From Candidatus Yanofskybacteria bacterium RIFCSPHIGHO2_01_FULL_44_24 (GTDB lineage: Bacteria; Patescibacteriota; Minisyncoccia; 2-02-FULL-40-12; GWA2-44-9): a stretch of DNA of 64,000 bases. Below the pieces are notes generated by a model, which ran no database searches, was not told where the DNA came from, and saw only the letters and a list, made by a program, of their open reading frames with translations. Location of the stretch: assembly GCA_001794215.1 (NCBI GenBank), contig MGJK01000012.1:4834-68833 (forward strand), read 5' to 3'. Made by a program: the position numbers and the translations under genes. Positions 44,789-54,608 of the stretch are shown piece by piece (position 1 is the stretch's first letter; each line of letters opens with the position of its first letter).

Positions 44789-46497
44789 ATCCAAATCTTT
44801 CTAAAATCTGCGTACGGCCGGATGACAGCATCAAGGCGGTGCTGGATAAATTAGTTTTGCATAAGCCAGCCCAAACCAAGCTTCCCGGGGGGATTGTCTT
44901 GATTACCGAAAAGGATGGTAAGTTAGTCGGTATTGCTACTGATGGCGACATTCGAAGAGGACTTGCTGGAGGAGCAAAAATGGAAGATCGGATTTCCGCT
45001 CTGATGAACGGTAAGCCCTTTGTCGTTCAGGGTCCGACAACGAGCGAAGCGATACTCTCATTGGCTTCGGAGAAAATAAGAAAAGAAGGGCTCCATCGCG
45101 ACCGCTTAAGCAAAATTATCATCGTCGATAAAGATAAAAAGGTTTTAGATTTAGTCTCTTTTTATGATTTATGGAGGAAAAGCGATGTAAGGTTCAGGCA
45201 GATCGGAGTTGTCGGTTTGGGATATGTGGGCTTGACGCTCGGTGTTACCTTGGCCGATTTAGGGTTCAAGGTCATTGGTTTTGATATTGCTCCCGCGGTT
45301 AGGAAATCTTTGCAGAGAGGCAAGCCTCACTTCTACGAAAACGGCCTGGAAAGAATGCTTAAAGACAACTTAAGCAAGAATTTAAGGATTGCAAGTAATT
45401 TCAAAGGAGCCAATAATTGCGATGTATATTTTGTTTCTGTCGGCACTCCCTTAGACGGTAATAAAAAACCGAACCTCAAATATTTGCGTAATGCCTCAGA
45501 AAGGATCGGGAAGGTGCTGAAGGAGGGAGATTGCGTGATTTTACGCTCGACTGTTCCGGTCGGCGCGACCAGAAATTTTGTAGTGCCGATTTTAGAGAAA
45601 CTTTCCGGACTTAAGGCCGGTGACGGGTTTTTCGTCTCATTTGCCCCTGAAAGAACCATAGAGGGCAAGGCTCTTGAGGAATTGAGAAACCTTCCTCAGG
45701 TAGTTGGAGGAATTAATCGCGTAAGCGCCGATTTGACGGCGACCCTTTTCGGCCATATGACCCATTCGACGGTCTTGGTGGACTCTCTGGAAGAGGCAGA
45801 GACGGTTAAGCTTATCAACAATACTTATCGAGATGTTACCTTCTCCTTTGCCAACGAACTGTCCCTGATTTGCCATCGTTTGGGCATCGATACTCACCGG
45901 GTGATCGAGGCTGCTAATCGTGGATATGCAAGAAGCAATGTCCCTTTGCCTGGGCCAGGAGTCGGAGGAGCGTGCCTTGAAAAGGATCCATTTATTTTTA
46001 TCGAAAGCGCCAAAACCAAAGACTACGATCCGTTGCTGGTAAGGCACGCCCGATCGGTAAGCGACTTGATGCTCGATTTTATTACCCGGGAGATCAAAAG
46101 GTTCTTGGCCGGAAAACCAAATCTGCGCAACCCCAAGGTATTTATGATGGGCTTTGCGTTCAAGGGTCAGCCTGTTACCTCCGATATCAGGGGTTCGTAT
46201 TCGGTTAAGCTCGCAGATCAACTGAAGAAGAATATTCCGAATATCCATGTTTATGATCCTGCGGTTAGGCGGGAAGATATTCTGAATCATGGGCTCAGGT
46301 ATGCCGGCGACCTTAAAACAGGATTTACCGGAGCGGACGTGGTCGTGGTTATGAATAACAATCCGGCGTTTGGAGAAATAGACATAAGAAGCGCTCTCCA
46401 GTTGACTAATAAGCCGGCATTTCTATTTGATACTTGGGGAATATATAATAGAGAAGACGTGGCCAAAGTCAAAGGAGTGGAGTATAAGAGGTTGTAA
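44785..46497 (+). CDS. CBS-pair domain fused to UDP-glucose/GDP-mannose-dehydrogenase-family nucleotide-sugar dehydrogenase
   Basis: N-terminal ~150 aa with CBS-like repeats (LVGIATDGDIRRGL). Then the NAD-binding IGVVGLGYVGLTLGVTLADLGFKVIGFD and the UDPG/MGDP dehydrogenase central and C-terminal regions. Confidence 0.7.
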   Translation: MNPNLSKICVRPDDSIKAVLDKLVLHKPAQTKLPGGIVLITEKDGKLVGIATDGDIRRGLAGGAKMEDRISALMNGKPFVVQGPTTSEAILSLASEKIRKEGLHRDRLSKIIIVDKDKKVLDLVSFYDLWRKSDVRFRQIGVVGLGYVGLTLGVTLADLGFKVIGFDIAPAVRKSLQRGKPHFYENGLERMLKDNLSKNLRIASNFKGANNCDVYFVSVGTPLDGNKKPNLKYLRNASERIGKVLKEGDCVILRSTVPVGATRNFVVPILEKLSGLKAGDGFFVSFAPERTIEGKALEELRNLPQVVGGINRVSADLTATLFGHMTHSTVLVDSLEEAETVKLINNTYRDVTFSFANELSLICHRLGIDTHRVIEAANRGYARSNVPLPGPGVGGACLEKDPFIFIESAKTKDYDPLLVRHARSVSDLMLDFITREIKRFLAGKPNLRNPKVFMMGFAFKGQPVTSDIRGSYSVKLADQLKKNIPNIHVYDPAVRREDILNHGLRYAGDLKTGFTGADVVVVMNNNPAFGEIDIRSALQLTNKPAFLFDTWGIYNREDVAKVKGVEYKRL

Positions 46498-46557
46498 AAA
46501 AACTCGAATAACGAAATTCGAAACTCGAAACAAAACCAGAAAATTAGAAATAAAATC

Positions 46558-46908
46558 ATGAACGAAGCTAAAAAACCTTATGATTTGGAAGAGCGGTCTT
46601 TACTGTTTGCTAAACGAGTTAACGGTTATGTGCGTAAATTGCCGAAGGATACTCCTAATTTTGAAAACGGAAAGCAATTGGTCCGTTCTGGTGGTTCAAT
46701 CGGAGCTAATTATATCGAAGCTAACGAGGCTATGAGTAAGAAAGATTTTAGAATGAGAATCAAGATATCTAAGAAAGAGGCCAAGGAAACTGTCTTCTGG
46801 TTAAAGTTGACTCAACCGACTTCAGAACAAATAAACGAAAAAGACGATTTAGTAAAAGAAGCTGGCGAGTTGATGAATATTTTAGGCGCTATCTTGGTTA
46901 AATCTTAG
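46558..46908 (+). CDS. four-helix-bundle protein (23S rRNA IVS protein / Avd-like family)
   Basis: YDLEERSLLFAKRV...SIGANYIEANEAMSKKDF...KEAKETVFWLKL. Paralog of 8485. Flanked by the inverted A-rich/T-rich arms at 46498-46540 and 46924-46958. Confidence 0.75.
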   Translation: MNEAKKPYDLEERSLLFAKRVNGYVRKLPKDTPNFENGKQLVRSGGSIGANYIEANEAMSKKDFRMRIKISKKEAKETVFWLKLTQPTSEQINEKDDLVKEAGELMNILGAILVKS

Positions 46909-46923
46909 TTTAGGAATTTATAA

Positions 46924-46958
46924 TTTCGATATTCGACATTGTTTCGGATTTCGATATT
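46924..46958 (+). promoter_or_regulatory. conserved T-rich palindromic leader motif copy
   Basis: tttcgatattcgacattgtttcggatttcgatatt, 21 nt upstream of the TTG start at 46980. Its complement-like A-rich arm aaactcgaataacgaaattcgaaactcgaaacaa lies at 46498-46535 on the other side of the four-helix-bundle gene. Confidence 0.55.
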
Positions 46959-46979
46959 AGGATTTCGAATTTACATAAA

Positions 46980-47702
46980 TTGTATAAACAGTATAAAGTA
47001 TTGGGTCTTATTCTTGCTCGCGGAGGTTCCAAGTCTATTCCTAAGAAAAATATTAAACTGCTTGGAGGCAAGCCTTTGCTTGCCCATACGGTTGAAAAAG
47101 CCAAAGCCGCCAAGTACATTGACCGGCTCATCCTTTCCACTGACGATAAAGAGATTGCCGATGTCGGCAGAAAATACGGAGCCGAAGTTCCTTTTACGCG
47201 ACCGGCAGAATTAGCCGAAGACAGCACGACCGACTATCCGGTTTTCGTTCATGCGGTTGAGTGGCTTGAAAAGAACGAGAATTGGAAGCCCGATTTTGTC
47301 GTTCACTTACGGCCGACTCATCCTTTTCGTAAAACTTCAGATATCGATAAAGCCGTAGAAATGCTCGCCGGTAATCCGGAAGCCGATTCTGTTTGGACCG
47401 TTGGGCTGCCTCCGGTGACGCCGTACAAGATGTTTTTGGCCGAAGAAGGCCAATTTATTAAACCAGTCGTTACTATCCCCGGAGTAGATGAGGCGTATAA
47501 TCTTCCTCGTCAGAAACTTCCCAAAGCCTACAACCACTATGGCCAAGTTGATGTTATGAGGCACAATACGTTGATGAAAAAGAAATCAATGTGTGGGAAA
47601 AATATCTTACCTCTTTTCCTTGAAGGAGAATTAGTTGATTTAGATACTCTATTCGATTGGGAGTTCGCGGAGTTTCTAATGAAAAAAGGGAAGATCAGAT
47701 AA
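46980..47702 (+). CDS. CMP-nonulosonic acid synthetase (acylneuraminate cytidylyltransferase NeuA/PseF/LegF family)
   Basis: LGLILARGGSKSIPKKNIKLLGGKPLLAHTVEKA...RLILSTDD is the classical N-terminal CMP-NeuAc/CMP-Kdo synthetase motif. TTG start. Short form without an esterase domain. Confidence 0.75.
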   Translation: MYKQYKVLGLILARGGSKSIPKKNIKLLGGKPLLAHTVEKAKAAKYIDRLILSTDDKEIADVGRKYGAEVPFTRPAELAEDSTTDYPVFVHAVEWLEKNENWKPDFVVHLRPTHPFRKTSDIDKAVEMLAGNPEADSVWTVGLPPVTPYKMFLAEEGQFIKPVVTIPGVDEAYNLPRQKLPKAYNHYGQVDVMRHNTLMKKKSMCGKNILPLFLEGELVDLDTLFDWEFAEFLMKKGKIR

Positions 47703-47784
47703 TTTTTTACTTTTTAATTTTCAATTTTATAATCAATTTTTAAAATTAAAAATTCTAAAATTAAAAATTTAACTTCTTTATAGC

Positions 47785-48792
47785 ATGATTATTCTAATTG
47801 CCGAATCAAATTATTCTCCGGAAGCGGTAAAAGTCTATAAAACCTTAGGGGAGGTTTACTTTTGGTTTCCCGGTAGTAGAAGTTCCGATGGTGACAAAGT
47901 CGCTAAAAGCGTGTCGGAACTTTCACAACCGGACAGGGACCGATTCTTAAGCAAGATAGATATAATAGTTATTCGGCTTATGCTCAATGTCAGAAAAGAT
48001 TTGATTGACCGGATGTCGAATTTGAAAATAATCGCTACTTCCACGACCGGCCTTAATCATATAGACGTGGATTATGCCGAAAAGAGAGGAGTCAAGGTCA
48101 TATCTTTAAGGGGCGAAACGTTGTTTTTGAGAAATATTCCCTCTACCGCCGAAGAAACCTGGGGTTTACTATTGGCTTTGGTCAGGAATCTTCCCTGGGC
48201 TTTTGATGATGTAAAAAACGGAAACTGGACGCCGAATAAATGGGTGGGCCATCAGCTTATGGGTAAAACAATCGGCTTGTTAGGCCTTGGTCGTTTAGGC
48301 AAGATTGTGGCCGAATATGCCGTCGCTTTTAAAATGAATGTGATTTCCTACGATCCGGCCGTAAGCCAAAAGGAAATGAAGAAATACGGCGCCAAAAAGG
48401 TTGCGATGGACTATTTATTTAAAAATTCAGATATTGTTTCTTTGCATGTGTTGTTGAATGATGAAACTTACGGTTTGGTTAAAGACGATCATTTAAAAAT
48501 GATGAAGCCGACGGCTTATCTGATCAATACTGCCCGGGGCGAGCTGATTGAAAAAGGAGGACTGGAATCTGCCCTTGAAAAGAAATGGATTGCCGGAGCG
48601 GCCATTGATGTCATGTGGGACGAAAAGGACGATAGCGGGCATTTAAAAGATAATAAATTAATGGAATATGCCAAGAAAAATACCAATCTCATCATCGTTC
48701 CCCATATCGGCGGAACGACCTATGATGCCACCCGCATTACTCAGGATTTTATTGCGGAATTAGTCAGGAAAAACTGCAAGAAGAGCGGCTAA
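47785..48792 (+). CDS. D-isomer-specific 2-hydroxyacid dehydrogenase family protein
   Basis: NAD-binding GKTIGLLGLGRLGKIVAEYAVAFKMNVISYDP and catalytic-region ARGELIE...PHIGG. Confidence 0.75.
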   Translation: MIILIAESNYSPEAVKVYKTLGEVYFWFPGSRSSDGDKVAKSVSELSQPDRDRFLSKIDIIVIRLMLNVRKDLIDRMSNLKIIATSTTGLNHIDVDYAEKRGVKVISLRGETLFLRNIPSTAEETWGLLLALVRNLPWAFDDVKNGNWTPNKWVGHQLMGKTIGLLGLGRLGKIVAEYAVAFKMNVISYDPAVSQKEMKKYGAKKVAMDYLFKNSDIVSLHVLLNDETYGLVKDDHLKMMKPTAYLINTARGELIEKGGLESALEKKWIAGAAIDVMWDEKDDSGHLKDNKLMEYAKKNTNLIIVPHIGGTTYDATRITQDFIAELVRKNCKKSG

Positions 48793-48801
48793 AATACTTC
48801 G

Positions 48802-49557
48802 ATGGAAAAAAAATCAATACAGGAAATACTCCAGCCACAATACAGTTACCGTACCGTTGAGGACAAAATATTTTTTATTGATCCGCCGTCCGATGTAAAA
48901 ATACATTATCGTCCCAAAGAACGCTGGTCAAGCTGGCGAAAGGCGAACTTTGCTTTTTATGAGGAATATTTAAAAAATGTTCCCTCGGGAAAACTACTTG
49001 ACATCGGAGCCGGTCAGACAGAATTCAAAGACCTCTTGCTCAAATATGATTATATCGGTCTTGATTTTTATCCTCATGAACATGTTCAGATAATTACCGA
49101 TATTACGAAACAGCTTCCTGTAAAGGACGGATCCGTGGATATTATTATTCTGTCCAACGTTTTAGAACACACCCCCGAGCCGGAATTATTGGTTAAAGAA
49201 TGTCTTAGAACGTTGAAAGCGGGCGGACTGTTGCTTGGAACTGTCCCATTTCTGGGCGTAGTTCATCAAGGACCCTATGATTTTTACAGGTATACAAACT
49301 ATATGTTGGAAAGGTTTTTAAGCAACTTCAGTTCTTATAAGGTCATGCCTTTAGGGAAAATGTTTGATGTAAATAAAACTTTTACAACCGTCTTTTTTAA
49401 TAATATTTATCGTATACAGCCGTCTTTAGGCAGAAAACTACTTTTTAAAGTTATTTGGAAAATAATAAGGCTTTTGAATTCTTTAGCCTTTTCCATATCT
49501 CCCTTTTCTTCAACAAACGAATATACCGAAGGATATGGATTCAGGGCGGTTAAATAA
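48802..49557 (+). CDS. class I SAM-dependent methyltransferase
   Basis: Motif I LLDIGAGQTEFKDLL and post-I LKAGGLLLG. Confidence 0.65.
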   Translation: MEKKSIQEILQPQYSYRTVEDKIFFIDPPSDVKIHYRPKERWSSWRKANFAFYEEYLKNVPSGKLLDIGAGQTEFKDLLLKYDYIGLDFYPHEHVQIITDITKQLPVKDGSVDIIILSNVLEHTPEPELLVKECLRTLKAGGLLLGTVPFLGVVHQGPYDFYRYTNYMLERFLSNFSSYKVMPLGKMFDVNKTFTTVFFNNIYRIQPSLGRKLLFKVIWKIIRLLNSLAFSISPFSSTNEYTEGYGFRAVK

Positions 49558-49633
49558 TCGGGTATTCCCGCATTGACATCTCAAATTTTCTCGATACCAT
49601 TGATCAAGAACATAAACAGGGCGAGGTAAAATT

Positions 49634-50065
49634 ATGGCATTGGATTCAAATAAATTCGTACATATTAAGAGGGCAGAGATAGATAAGGCTCTTTCCGTTG
49701 ATTCCGTTGCAGGCAAAAGAATGATTCCGCCCTTCAATGGGTTTTCTGAGCGCCCCTTTGGGATTTTAGAAGATCATCAAGTTAAGGATGGTCTCCCCGA
49801 GATCCACACTCACGAAGAGGATCTTTGGATTGGCCTTGAGGGCGAGGCGATTTTTACTCTCGGGGGCGAGCTTGTCGAACCATATTTCAAGAAGCTTGCT
49901 GACGGCAGCGAGGATGAGCGGGAGATTAAGGGGAAGAGTATCGCGGGCGGTACTGAAGTGATAGTCGGTACTGGCGATGTTTTGTGGATTCCGGCCGGTG
50001 TTCCCCATATGCACACCGCATCAGGAACGGCCCGACTTCTCATCTATAAAAATCCAAAAAGATAG
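49634..50065 (+). CDS. cupin-domain protein
   Basis: LWIGLEGEAIFTLGGE...VLWIPAGVPHMH is the cupin motif pair. Confidence 0.6.
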   Translation: MALDSNKFVHIKRAEIDKALSVDSVAGKRMIPPFNGFSERPFGILEDHQVKDGLPEIHTHEEDLWIGLEGEAIFTLGGELVEPYFKKLADGSEDEREIKGKSIAGGTEVIVGTGDVLWIPAGVPHMHTASGTARLLIYKNPKR

Positions 50066-50078
50066 CCAATAAGCGAAG

Positions 50079-50103
50079 GCCGCCGGAAAATCGGCGGCTT
50101 TTT
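50079..50103 (+). terminator. rho-independent terminator
   Basis: gccgccg gaaaat cggcggc followed by ttttt, 14 nt after the cupin stop. Confidence 0.75.
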
Positions 50104-50186
50104 AGTTGTGACGGTTTACGTTTGACAGAACTCAAAAATATTGATATCATCTGGACACTTTGATCGTTTAAAACGAAGGAGAGGTT

Positions 50187-51137
50187 ATGCAGGTTGGCGA
50201 GAGGTGGATGCGCTGGACATTAGCAGAGGCCGGAACCAAGACTTCTACGAAGCTTCTGCAGAAAGTTGTCGGAGTAACGGCGAGCAGTTGGATCAATGCT
50301 GTCTTTGCAACGACAGTCATTTCGATTGTGCAGGTGTTAGTAGGCTTGTCGGTGGTGACAAGGCAGGGCAAATCCTTGTTTCCCGGTGTTTCTCAGGTTA
50401 CGCTTTCGTGCGCTTTTGGTTTTGTCGCTTTCGTGATGACGACTCTATCTTTCGTGGTCTTTGTTTTTAACGGGGATATTGGAGTTAATACTTTTATCAT
50501 CACTCTTTCCATTGTTCCGGGAGCGATCATTGATCGGGTCTTTTTCGGTCACAAGCTCAATTTCAGGCAATGGATGGGAGTGCTGATGGCTATCTTTGCC
50601 GGCTATGCCGTTCTGGATTTCCCGTCTCTATCGCAAGCGTTCAAAAGTCCGACTTGGGTTTGGCTGTCTCTTGCCACTGCGCTTTTAGCGGCCGTTAATC
50701 AGGGAATCACCCAGAAAAACAAAGCCGTAGATCCTTTTGTGAAAAACTTTTGGGGCGGATTGACCACCTTAATCTCGGGAGTCGTGAGCTTGCTGATCGT
50801 CGGATCCCTGAGTGTTTTCACTGATTTTTCCGTCAGTATGCAGAAGATTTGGTTGATTTCCGCTCTGATGGGCTTTATCATCGTCGGCATGTGGAGTTTC
50901 AACCTCCTGAGCTATAAGGGCGGAGCCAGTATCGCTCTAAAGAAATTAGTCATGAACGGGTCTTATCTTGTTACGGCAATGCTTGGCGGAGTACTGATTT
51001 TCAACGAATCATTGACTGCGGGCAAAGTTTCTGGAATCTTGTTTTTCTTTATTGCCTTTACCTTGATGGACAAAGGAACCTGGGAATTTGTTAGGAAATC
51101 CTTGGGAAGAAAAAACGAGCCCGCCAACGTCGTTTAA
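50187..51137 (+). CDS. polytopic membrane protein (possible DMT/EamA-like transporter)
   Basis: ~10 predicted hydrophobic helices across 316 aa. Good SD aaggagag upstream of the ATG. G+C visibly above the local average. Confidence 0.5.
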   Translation: MQVGERWMRWTLAEAGTKTSTKLLQKVVGVTASSWINAVFATTVISIVQVLVGLSVVTRQGKSLFPGVSQVTLSCAFGFVAFVMTTLSFVVFVFNGDIGVNTFIITLSIVPGAIIDRVFFGHKLNFRQWMGVLMAIFAGYAVLDFPSLSQAFKSPTWVWLSLATALLAAVNQGITQKNKAVDPFVKNFWGGLTTLISGVVSLLIVGSLSVFTDFSVSMQKIWLISALMGFIIVGMWSFNLLSYKGGASIALKKLVMNGSYLVTAMLGGVLIFNESLTAGKVSGILFFFIAFTLMDKGTWEFVRKSLGRKNEPANVV

Positions 51138-51232
51138 TGATTTGAATCCTCTATCAAGAGGATTTTTGTTCTCTTTACATGCACGATTATTTGTTGTATT
51201 TATAAAGACAGCGAAGTTTTAAAAGGACGAAA

Positions 51233-52345
51233 ATGAAGTTGAAAGATTTTGCCATCACCAATTTTGCTTATGGAAACGGGCCGTATCTAAGGACTACTGA
51301 ACTGGCTCTGTCTTTTAACGACAGGCTTGAAGAGGCCGGAGAAAAAAGATTCGGTATTATTGTTCCCTTGGTTTACGGTGATAAGCAAAAAAGGATTATG
51401 TCTGAAGATTTCGGGACCCGCATGGACGAAATAGTGCTTGATCCGGAGCTGGGAGCGATCCTGAAGGGCGTTTTCTACGATGGGGGCTCTTATTTGGAAT
51501 CTCTCGGGGGGTGGGTTGATAATTTTGAAAAAACTTCGGAATCAATACATAGGTATCTTAAAAATAAATATGGCGATAGCATTGTCGTGGAACTCAATCG
51601 TTCGCCCCGGGTCCGGTATGATATTGCGCCTTCGTATTTCACGTCTTTTGGTTTCATCGGGGAGATATTGGAGAGAATCGGAGAGATCAAGGGTTTGGCG
51701 ATTCCCGAGGGGCTTCTGAATGCCGGTATAAAAACCGCCGGATTGGCCGAGAGCGGCCATAGAATTCACTGCCTCGCTTATCCGGCAACATTCGCACATC
51801 TCAAAGACAGAAGTCCTCGTTGCAAAACCGAAGTCGAAGTTCCGCCCATCATGCTTCCGCCCGCAGTTAATAACGATAACGTCGAGAGAGGCATATACAT
51901 AACGGTAAGCGGAATTGCCGGATTAGGCGATCTTTATGCGAATGCCGGTAAATTCGGTGCGAAAATTTATACCAACAATCCCGATCTTATTCCCGGTAGT
52001 ATAAAGGCCTCGCCCCGCATTATCCCGAACAAAAACATTCTGTTTCAATTTGCCCGTTCCGGCTGGGGCTCAGTTTGGCTATCAATGATTTCCGGGACGC
52101 CTTTAGTCGTTCCCGCTTTTGACTTGAACGACGATCCGGAAATATATTTCAACAATAAGACGATAGAACAACTTGGCATCGGAATAATTTATCGGGGTCA
52201 GCCAATCGAGGAAATACTGGAAGGATGCGCGGAAGTGAAGAAAAACAGCGTTAAGGTTTGCGAGGAGGTCAAGAAACGCTGGGGAACCTTGGATGGCAAT
52301 CGGTATTGCGCCGGATTGTTTGTTAAGGACCTTCTCGGGAAGTAA
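51233..52345 (+). CDS. GT-B fold protein of the MurG/GT28/GT1 type (possibly PseG-like UDP-sugar hydrolase or glycosyltransferase)
   Basis: C-terminal ARSGWGSVWLSMISGTPLVVPAFDLNDDPEIYFNNKTIEQLGIGI matches the GT1/GT28 G-x-G...E...G-x-P.vv.P...DQ/D...NA...G.G signature. Confidence 0.5.
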   Translation: MKLKDFAITNFAYGNGPYLRTTELALSFNDRLEEAGEKRFGIIVPLVYGDKQKRIMSEDFGTRMDEIVLDPELGAILKGVFYDGGSYLESLGGWVDNFEKTSESIHRYLKNKYGDSIVVELNRSPRVRYDIAPSYFTSFGFIGEILERIGEIKGLAIPEGLLNAGIKTAGLAESGHRIHCLAYPATFAHLKDRSPRCKTEVEVPPIMLPPAVNNDNVERGIYITVSGIAGLGDLYANAGKFGAKIYTNNPDLIPGSIKASPRIIPNKNILFQFARSGWGSVWLSMISGTPLVVPAFDLNDDPEIYFNNKTIEQLGIGIIYRGQPIEEILEGCAEVKKNSVKVCEEVKKRWGTLDGNRYCAGLFVKDLLGK

Positions 52346-52368
52346 ATATTACAAATTCATTATGCGGG

Positions 52369-52398
52369 CCGTGTCAAGATTGATACGGCTCTTTTTTT
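52369..52398 (+). terminator. rho-independent terminator
   Basis: ccgtgtcaa gat ttgatacgg is a 9-bp stem with one G-U, followed by ctc ttttttt. Confidence 0.7.
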
Positions 52399-52411
52399 AT
52401 TGTATTGATAT

Positions 52412-53221
52412 ATGGTGGCCAACGAATTATTTGAACAAAAGTGGAGCGAGGCTTTGAAGGGAAAAAAGGGAGAGGAATTCTCCATCTTCGTTCCCAAAGG
52501 AAAAAAACCGCAGACCCAGCGTCAGTTTAATTTATATTATTACTACCGCCTTATAGAGCGGCTGATTAAAGGCCGGAATTATAAGAATAGCATCGAATTC
52601 GGATGCGGCAGGGGAACCATCTCTCTTTATCTAAATCTCTACGGAGGTCTCGACGTTACTCTTTTCGATGTGGATCAGGGCGGGGTTGATTTAGCCCGGG
52701 CTAATTTTGACCTTCACAGAGCCAAGGGTTCTTTTTTTGTGGCCGATAGCGCCAAAGTTCCCATTGCTGATGACAGTTTCGATATTGTGGTGACCATGGG
52801 CTTGCTTGAGCACCTCACCAACTATATTGATAGTCTGAAGGAAATGTACAGAGTCCTTAAGCCGGGAGGAATCATGATATCGATGAATGTACCTAAGAAA
52901 ACATCCATTCAGATTTTGAACAAAATTTATAGAAAGATTCTCGGCGCAGTTAATAAGAAAATAGAGCTGAAGCTGGACTATTTCCGCATAGAAGAAACCC
53001 CGGCCGGGTTCCAGCGTACTGCCGAATTTGTGGGGTTCAAAAATTGTTCAATAATTCACGCCGATCCTCTTCCGCTTTTTACTCCCGTTGCAAAGCCCAT
53101 CGAAAGAACCTTGGCCGTTCTTTATAGAAATTTTATGGAGTTTCGCAAGCTATTTAAGTCTGAGCCGATGGAAACGGGAAGGAGATTGTCGAGGTGCCAT
53201 TTTCTTATAGGCTATAAGTAA
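52412..53221 (+). CDS. class I SAM-dependent methyltransferase
   Basis: Motif I IEFGCGRGTISLYL and post-I LKPGGIMIS. Confidence 0.7.
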   Translation: MVANELFEQKWSEALKGKKGEEFSIFVPKGKKPQTQRQFNLYYYYRLIERLIKGRNYKNSIEFGCGRGTISLYLNLYGGLDVTLFDVDQGGVDLARANFDLHRAKGSFFVADSAKVPIADDSFDIVVTMGLLEHLTNYIDSLKEMYRVLKPGGIMISMNVPKKTSIQILNKIYRKILGAVNKKIELKLDYFRIEETPAGFQRTAEFVGFKNCSIIHADPLPLFTPVAKPIERTLAVLYRNFMEFRKLFKSEPMETGRRLSRCHFLIGYK

Positions 53222-53320
53222 AATTTTTAATTTAGAATTTTTAATTTTCAAAATTGGCCGTTAAAAACCGATTATAAAATTCCTGCCTGCCGGTAGGCAG
53301 GTTAAAGTAAAAAGTAAAAA

Positions 53321-54475
53321 TTGATATCAAGCATGAATGGTTTTAATATTAAAACCCCTTATAGTAGTAGGAGGATAGGCGATAACGCCCCTACTTTTGT
53401 TATAGCCGAAATAGGTAAGAATTTTATCCAGACCAAAAAGGAGAAATCGGTTAAAGAATATCTGAGGAACGCCAAAGAACTGGTAATTTTAGCCAAAAAA
53501 TCCGGAGCTGATGCGGTTAAATTCCAAACCCATAATGTCGAGGATGAACAGCTCAATTTAAAAATAAGAGCCCCGCACTTTAAGGGCGATAGGTACGAAT
53601 GGGTTTCGAGGAATACCAAGGCTACACCGGTTAAAGAGTTTTGGATTCCGCTCAAAGAATTCTGCGATAAGGAAGGAATCACATTTTTCTCTACGCCCTG
53701 CAGTTTAGGAGCCGCAAAGATATTGTCCTCCCTGGATGTGGCTCTGTGGAAAGTCGCCTCTTGGGATATTTTGGATTTTGTTATGCTCGACCATATCAGA
53801 AAAAGCGGCAAACCGGTTATTATTTCCGGCGGAGCCAGTACGGCCGAAGAGATAGACAGATCAATCTCTTATATCCAGGAGAAAAACAAAAATCTTGCCT
53901 TGCTTCATTGTGTTTCCAAGTATCCCTGTCCACCCGAAGAGTTGAATTTGGGTACGATCGGTTTTTTTAAGAAAAGATACGATGTCCCCATAGGTTTTTC
54001 CGATCATTCTTTAGGCATCGAGTCTACCCTGGCCGCCGTTGCCCTGGGAGCTAAGGTGATAGAAAAACATTTCTCCCTGTCCCGAAGCTTATGGGGGGCC
54101 GATCATAGATTTTCCATGACTTCGGCATCGTTTGGTAAAATGGTTACAGAGATAAGGAAAATAGAGGCTAATCCCGGTGCGGCTCAGAAATATTTAAATC
54201 ATGAGAAAGTAAAGCCGAGCCTGAATTTTTCCGGCAAGGTTATCAGAGACGAAGAGAAAAGCATGAAGGCCGTATTTGCCAAGGCTCTTTTTGCCGGACG
54301 GGATATTCCGGCCGGACAAGTTATAAAATCTGATATGTTATACTCAATGAGACCCGGATTGGCGGTCGGAGGACTTCAGCCACTCCACTTCCATATGGTA
54401 GTCGGTCAAAAATCAGCAAAAGATTTGAAGAAGTTCGAACCGATAACGTTAGAAGTTGTAAAATCCGAAATCTGA
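53321..54475 (+). CDS. N-acetylneuraminate-synthase family enzyme (NeuB/PseI/LegI-like) with C-terminal SAF domain
   Basis: FVIAEIGKN...GADAVKFQTH...IGFSDHSLG is the NeuB TIM-barrel region. C-terminal antifreeze-like domain (ARDIPAGQVIKSDMLYSMRPGLAVGG). Confidence 0.8.
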   Translation: MISSMNGFNIKTPYSSRRIGDNAPTFVIAEIGKNFIQTKKEKSVKEYLRNAKELVILAKKSGADAVKFQTHNVEDEQLNLKIRAPHFKGDRYEWVSRNTKATPVKEFWIPLKEFCDKEGITFFSTPCSLGAAKILSSLDVALWKVASWDILDFVMLDHIRKSGKPVIISGGASTAEEIDRSISYIQEKNKNLALLHCVSKYPCPPEELNLGTIGFFKKRYDVPIGFSDHSLGIESTLAAVALGAKVIEKHFSLSRSLWGADHRFSMTSASFGKMVTEIRKIEANPGAAQKYLNHEKVKPSLNFSGKVIRDEEKSMKAVFAKALFAGRDIPAGQVIKSDMLYSMRPGLAVGGLQPLHFHMVVGQKSAKDLKKFEPITLEVVKSEI

Positions 54476-54546
54476 AATCCGAAATTCTAAACAAAGCCCG
54501 AAAATCAGAAATCCTAAATCTGAGATGGTTTGATAGTTTTCTTTAG

Positions 54547-54595
54547 TTTCAATATTCGATATTGTTTCGTTTTTCAACATTCGATATTCGAATTT
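54547..54595 (+). promoter_or_regulatory. conserved T-rich palindromic leader motif copy
   Basis: tttcaatattcgatattgtttcgtttttcaacattcgatattcgaattt, ~14 nt upstream of the ATG at 54609. The A-rich counterpart (aaatccgaaatctgaaatccgaaattctaaacaaagcccgaaaatcagaaatcc, 54458-54520) overlaps the upstream gene's stop. Confidence 0.55.
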
Positions 54596-54608
54596 AAATT
54601 TCTTAGGC

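Noticed and set aside
45637-46290. 217-aa antisense ORF within the nucleotide-sugar dehydrogenase gene
   Set aside because: The opposite strand carries a full-length dehydrogenase with all conserved motifs. The antisense ORF has no recognisable features.
49570-49606. Possible sigma70-like promoter (TTGACA ... TACCAT) before the cupin gene
   Set aside because: The -10 match is weak and the spacing is ambiguous. I cannot support it without transcript data.
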